Origin: Dictyostelium discoideum
Taxonomy: Eukaryota
Reading direction: 5' to 3'
Length of the DNA stretch: 64,000 nucleotides
Assembly (NCBI GenBank): GCA_000004695.1
Contig: CM000153.2
Location: forward strand, 672,001 to 736,000
The notes beneath the pieces are model-generated. The model searched no databases. It saw only the letters and a list, made by a program, of their open reading frames with translations, and was not told where the DNA came from. This document shows positions 58,680 through 64,000 of this stretch, one piece after another. A program made the translations under genes and the position numbers. Positions within the stretch are counted from its first letter, which is position 1. The number at the start of each line of letters is the position of its first letter.

Positions 58680-60055
58680 TGGGTAAGTTTCATTACCTCT
58701 TTTAATATTTTTAAACTTAATAGATATATTAATAATAATAATAATAATTATAATACTAACAATAATAATATTATTAACATATTATAATTAGTAAAATTAA
58801 TGAAGGAAACAGAAGGTACTATGAATTGGGTATTTGTTTAAGATATAGAGTCGTTGATAATGTCCATACATTTCAAATAAGATCGTCTAAGGTAAAATAT
58901 CTTGATGAAAGATATGTTTTCGTGTATTTATTAGATGGTCATTTTGTAGGTCATGGATTTTTTATGAATATCAAAGATTTGGAGATATAAGATTAAATCA
59001 AGGTGTCTATGTATGGATTATTACTAATTTTATAATTTAATTTTATAATTTAATTTTAATAAACCAATAAACTAACATATATTATTAAACATCTTTTTTC
59101 ATAAATTTAGGTTGTCAAAGGTTTCATAGTTGATTTCTTATAAAAAGAGGTGATTCAAAATCATTTATTCTTTGCACTTGTTGTTTGAAATGGTTACATA
59201 TGGATAGCTTTAACGATACAAAAACTGGTCATCCTTCCCATTATCAATTTTGCTTTGATTGTATTACAGAAATAAAAATAAACACCAAATTTCTGGCTGG
59301 ATTTTATAACATTAATTTAGAGTACTGTTGCAAATTGCTCATAATTTATAAATACAGATGTGCCACAGTCAATGCAATTTTTTCATTTAAAAGGTTAAAA
59401 AGCTTCGAGCTCAGATTCGATAGAATTTCAAGCCTTGAACATATATGGTTGGGAATATTCAACTATTATCACATGAATTAAACAACCCTCAAGATATAAA
59501 GAAGATGAGGAAATTATTAGACAGAGGGCAAATAGTATTATGTACGACAAAAGATTCCCTCGAAATACCACAACGAATATTCAACTTTTCTATCTTTAAA
59601 AAATCAATATTTCACAAAGATGGAGATGTTTTATAACAAATAAATTACTTTTTAAGATAATAATGGATCAAGTAAAAAGAGAAAGAGAGAAGATTATGAA
59701 AAGAAAAAAATAAGTTATGGAATATCAAAAAATAGATTAATGGGTTGGGTTGGTTATTTCAAAAATAACACAGTTTTTACATGTAGTTTTATTAAAGTCA
59801 GTGATTATACTGCAAAAAGATTCGAAAAGAATAGTGAATTGTCATATGATGAAAATAATGATGTCCACAAGCTACTATCAACATATTGGTTATCAAGATA
59901 TTTCAGTTTCAAAGTACAAATACATTTGTGACCCAAAAGATAAAGTTATTTTAAATAGTGTTTCTTGGGAAGAGTATAAAGTAAAAAACAACATCAATAG
60001 AATTAATGACTACATCAATCCTCATTATCCTATTCATAAACTTTTAGAATAGATA
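58680..60055 (+). pseudogene. GC-richer block of mutually frameshifted ORF fragments on the plus strand (MKWLHMDSF...HIWLGIFNYYHMN* overlapping MVGNIQLLSHELNNPQD...; MGWVGYFKNN... overlapping MVISKITQFLH...). Probably a transposable-element or other degenerate gene relic.
   Basis: Codon usage is atypical for Dictyostelium (GAGCTC, TTCGAT, TCG and similar). Adjacent ORFs overlap in +1/-1 frames without GT..AG introns. There is no recognisable domain. Confidence 0.3.
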
Positions 60056-60881
60056 TTTATTTTAAATTATAGTTTTTGTTTTCTTTACAAAAAAATAATA
60101 AAAAATAAAATAAAATAAAAAAAGTGTTATAAATTTTTTATAGCTTGGAATTATCTTAATTTTTGCTTTACCTAAACTTTATTTTTTCTGATATCTTTAT
60201 CTTTACTTTTTTTGACTGCTATTTTTTTTTTTTAAAAAAAAAAAAAAAACATAAAATAAACAAATTATATTACTATTATTATAATATATTATTATTATTA
60301 TTATATAATGCAAATAATTTATTTTGCACGCAAATTGATGCATTCTTTTATATAAACTTATTTCAGTACACTCTAAATTGCTTTTTGATTTTTCTTTATT
60401 TTACTATTTTTGATTTATTATTAATACTTTAAAAATTTAAATTAATTACCGGATTTGTAGTTTTAATTTCTTCTTAATTCTCATTTAGATTAAATCCTGT
60501 ATTTCGATTTTTTTTCTAATACAATTATTATTTAAATTATTTATTAAATTGGTTGAATTATTTTCATCCGGTAATTATTAAATTTTCTTGTTGCAGTTTT
60601 TACCTAACCTGTGTTTGATTATATGCACGATATCCAATACATAGATTGTTTGTACCAAATCTACCAATTGTTTAATTAATATAGTGATTTCATAATATTA
60701 TAAATTTTTTTTTTTTTTTATTATCAAAAACTATTTATTAAAAAAAAATAACTAGTTATTTGATTGTTTAAAAATTAAATAAAAATTTACTTTGAAGTTT
60801 GCTCCAAATATTTTTTTTTTTTTTTAATAAATAAACTATTATTATTTTTAATTAAAATCTATAGATTACTTTTACTTTTTA

Positions 60882-61105
60882 TTGAAATACCACTATTACT
60901 ATTATTACTATACTATTTACTATTACTATTTATTACTATTACTATTACTATTAATTATTACTATTACTATTACTATTACTATTACTATTACTATTACTAT
61001 TACTATTACTATTACTATTACTATTACTATTACTGTTACTATTACTATTACTATTACTGTTACTATTACTATTACTATTACTATTACTATTACTATTACT
61101 ATTCT
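60882..61105. repeat. (TATTAC)n hexanucleotide microsatellite, about 220 bp.
   Basis: Visible in the sequence. The poly-(IT)/(IV) ORFs over it are artefacts. Confidence 0.9.
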
Positions 61106-61479
61106 TTCCAATTGGTGTTATCATCTGAAGTTAAATTTCTATTGAATCCATAACCTATCTCTAATTTAGTAACTGATTCAAGTTTTAACATTTAAAATAG
61201 AGTGTGTAAAGTTAAATAATCTGTTGTTGATGTTGTTGCTGTTGTTCCTGTTTTTGTAGTAGTTGTTGCTATTGTGGTGTTGTTGCTGTTGTGGTGGTGT
61301 TGTTGTGGTGCTTTTGTCGCTTTTGTTGTGAAACATGATTAATAATTCATCTAAAGTTAGAGAGAATGGTGAATCTTATGATGTGTGTTTTTAAAACATA
61401 TAAAAAAATCAAAAAAACAAATGATTACATTCATTTTTTTTATTTTTTATATCATTTTGTTTGTGTATTTTTGAGTGCT

Positions 61480-61690
61480 CTCCTATCTACACTAAATTAA
61501 TATTAAAATAAAAAGAGACCTCGTAGTCAATTTGACTGTTAAAATACGATTTTTCAGAGAATGGATCAACTTTATTTTCGTCATTTATGTCGGTGACTAT
61601 GGTTAGGAGGCAAAGAACTCACCTGGATCCCTCTGATAGTCGCCAACCTAGGAGACTCAAGTTGCGATATTCATTTCATCATAAATATAA
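61480..61690. other. Short GC-richer island embedded in AT-rich DNA, with stem-loop potential. It is a candidate ncRNA or TE fragment.
   Basis: GGTGACTAT...ATAGTCGCC is imperfectly complementary around a loop of about 45 nt. The palindrome TAGTCAATTTGACTG is present. There is no ORF and no tRNA cloverleaf. Confidence 0.25.
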
Positions 61691-62815
61691 CAATTAAAAA
61701 TATAATTTCAACTTTTGTTCGTTCGGTTTTATTATATTTTTTTTTTTATGGGACATTTGCAAAAAATAGTTATTTTTTTTTTAAAAATTTTTAGTTTAAA
61801 ATTAAAATTTATTTTCCAAAAATTTCATTTTATTAATCAGAATTTAAATCTCATTTTCCAACAACACAATAATTTTTTCAAAGTGTGGAAAAAACATAAT
61901 TCCAACACACCCAGATTTTTTTTAAAAAAATAATAAAAAAAAAAAAAAATTAAAAAAAAAATAATAATAAAAAAGATAAACATTAACTTTTTTGTAATTT
62001 CATTTTGTGAAGAGATGAATCATGACCCTACAACTGATAAACAGTATCATCATGCAATGTTACAAATATTTCAAATGAAAAAAAAATAAAACAAAATTCA
62101 CTTTTTTTTTTTTCAATAATTTTCATTTTTTTTTTTTTTTCGTTTTTTTGATATTTCAAGATATTTTCAAAATATGATTTTGATTTTTTTTTTTGATTTT
62201 TTTTTTTTTTTTTTTTTAAATAATAAAATAAATAACCATTATTATTTATTTATTTTAATTTTTAATTAATTTTAGATTCGTTGCTTTTAATAGGTCTGAT
62301 ATAAAATCATAATAAATCTTATGATCTTTTTTTAAATTTTTTTCATTTTTTATTTCATTTTTTTTTTTATCTCAAAAAAATATCTCATAATAAAATTAAT
62401 TCAAATTCTAAAAATAATATATTTGTTTCCGTACTTTTAATTTTTTTTTTTTTTTTAAAAAAAAAGTTTTAGTTTGTTTCAAAAAAGTTAAGTTATTTTT
62501 TAGAAAGTTTATACTTGAAAAAATATATCTTATCTATAATTTTATTAGATTCCCTTTTATTAATTTATTTATTTATTTATTTTTTTTATTTTTTTTTTTT
62601 GCCCCCATCATGATTGTTTAATTTGACAATAATTTTTTTTTAATAATGAACCTATTAAATGTGAGTGGGTTTTTATTTTAAACTGATTTTGTAAAACATT
62701 AAAATAAAATTAAAAAAACTAAAAAAAAAAAAAAAAAAAAAACTATAAAAAGAAATTTTTTTTTTTTTTAAAACCAGAATTCTCTCTCTTCTTACTAATT
62801 AATTAAATTTCAAAA

Positions 62816-62836
62816 ATGTTATTCAGTAAGTAATTT

Positions 62837-62935
<99 letters not shown>

Positions 62936-62976
62936 TAATATTTAAAATAGTAAAGGGTATTAATAAAAGTATAATA

Positions 62977-63016
<40 letters not shown>

Positions 63017-63193
63017 AAAATTATTTTAGAATCATTACAATCAATCACAAGTGTAAACTCAATTCAAAAGAATCAAATTTCTTCAATTTCATTAGGAAGC
63101 TCACAATCAAATAATAATGCAGCACTCTTAGATGCAGCAGCATTTGTTGCAATTCCAGGTTTATTAACTGCTGCTGCTGTTGCTCATATTTAA
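62816..63193 (+). CDS. Small 57-aa protein, family copy 3 (MLFKSLQSITSVNSIQKNQISSISLGSSQSNNNAALLDAAAFVAIPGLLTAAAVAHI). Exons 62816-62825 and about 63030-63193. The intron carries a long (AAT)n tract.
   Basis: Same exon-1 sequence ATGTTATTCA followed by a GTAAGT donor. Exon 2 is intact to TAA. The same upstream poly-A plus AACTATAAAAAGAAA motif is present. The exon-2 start is uncertain by ±1 nt because of the poly-A run in the printed line. Confidence 0.55.
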
Positions 63194-63334
63194 ATTTTTA
63201 AAGATTTAATTATGAATTGTTTATTATAATTCATAAATTAATTATTAAAAACACACACAAACAAAATTATATGAATATTAAATTGTAAAATTAATAAATA
63301 AATAATTATATTCATTCATTTTATAAAAAAAAGT

Positions 63335-63370
<36 letters not shown>

Positions 63371-63552
63371 ATTAAATCAATTTTTTATTTTTTATTTAAA
63401 TGATTGTTATAAAAGTTGTTATTGTTATTATTGCTTTATGATAATTTTAGTGCTATTGTTATAGCTCTTATATGAATGTCAATATCTATTGATCACGATT
63501 GTAAGTTTTTAATAGAAACTACCCACAAAAAAATACTACCACGATAAATTAA

Positions 63553-63710
63553 TGATGTTGATGTTGATGTTGATGTTGATGTTGATGTTGATGTTGATGT
63601 TGATGTTGATGTTGGTGTTGATGATGTTGATGTTAATGTTGTTGTTGATGTTGATGTTGATGTTGATGTTGATGTTGATGTTGATGTTGGTGTTGATGTT
63701 GATGGTTCAT
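63553..63710. repeat. (TTGATG)n hexanucleotide microsatellite.
   Basis: Visible in the sequence. Confidence 0.9.
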
Positions 63711-64000
63711 TTGCTCATACTAGGCCACTGCCCACCAGTTGGTGACAGACTGCCGTTTGCCAATAATAGGTAAGTGTCAGCTTAATGTTCGCAGACTGGG
63801 GTTTGCCCATGCTATACAAATGACCGCTAACTGGTGGCAGATGGTCATTTACTCATACTAGGCCATTGCCCGCTAGCAGCCAGAAGACGGCCAGTGGTCT
63901 AGTGTGAGTAAACTGAGGTCTGCCAGCAATTAACGACCACTTATATAGTATAAGCAAACGGAAGTCTGCTACCAGCTATAGGGCACTGACCTATTATTGG
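63711..64000. mobile_element. GC-rich complex sequence that looks like a terminal fragment of a transposable element (LTR/ITR-like). It continues off the window.
   Basis: There is an abrupt composition change to about 50% GC. A duplicated internal motif, TTACTCATACTAGGCCA(C/T)TGCCC, occurs at about 63715 and about 63850, and a second repeat GTTTGCC..TGCC is present. There is no ORF. It directly abuts a microsatellite. Confidence 0.4.

Noticed and set aside
61560-61660. A possible tRNA gene in the GC-richer island, which would hint at a TRE element target.
   Set aside because: There is no recognisable D-loop (GTGG..TAGTGG) or T-loop (GGTTCGANTCC) and no cloverleaf. It is kept only as a generic ncRNA/TE-fragment candidate.

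Overview
The window is eukaryotic, extremely AT-rich DNA with homopolymer runs, AAT/ATT microsatellites, poly-Asn/Gln coding tracts and short GTAAGT/GTATGT...AG introns, all typical of Dictyostelium discoideum. There are no prokaryotic features such as CRISPR arrays or operons. It is gene-dense, and I reconstructed exon structures by hand from the six-frame track plus splice signals. Genes with a recognisable product, in order: a two-domain FUSC/ArAE (ALMT-like) membrane protein, an RBR (Ariadne-type) E3 ubiquitin ligase, a two-exon protein with a bacterial-type COG4271/Cap12-like TIR-like domain, AMMECR1, an equilibrative nucleoside transporter, a UPF0538/C2orf76 homolog, a calponin-homology plus coiled-coil protein, a SET+MYND (SMYD-like) methyltransferase, QTRT2, SMG9, a secreted metallophosphoesterase, a GGDEF diguanylate cyclase (probably dgcA), a GCN5 acetyltransferase and Arl8. 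The others are two paralogous intronless Asn-rich giants, three conserved copies of a 57-aa two-exon mini-gene (two in tandem at the start, one at the end), small secreted and mitochondrial mini-proteins, a decayed pseudogene, a frameshifted GC-richer ORF cluster that looks like a transposon relic, and a GC-rich transposon-terminus-like fragment at the window end. The most interesting item is the TIR-like gene at 19392-20231: a domain type known from bacterial CBASS/Pycsar/STING immunity sitting in an amoeba gene with a proper intron. A bona fide diguanylate cyclase also lies in the window, though at 24 kb with many unrelated genes between them the two are not physically linked. Coordinates may be off by 1-2 nt where exons abut long homopolymer runs.
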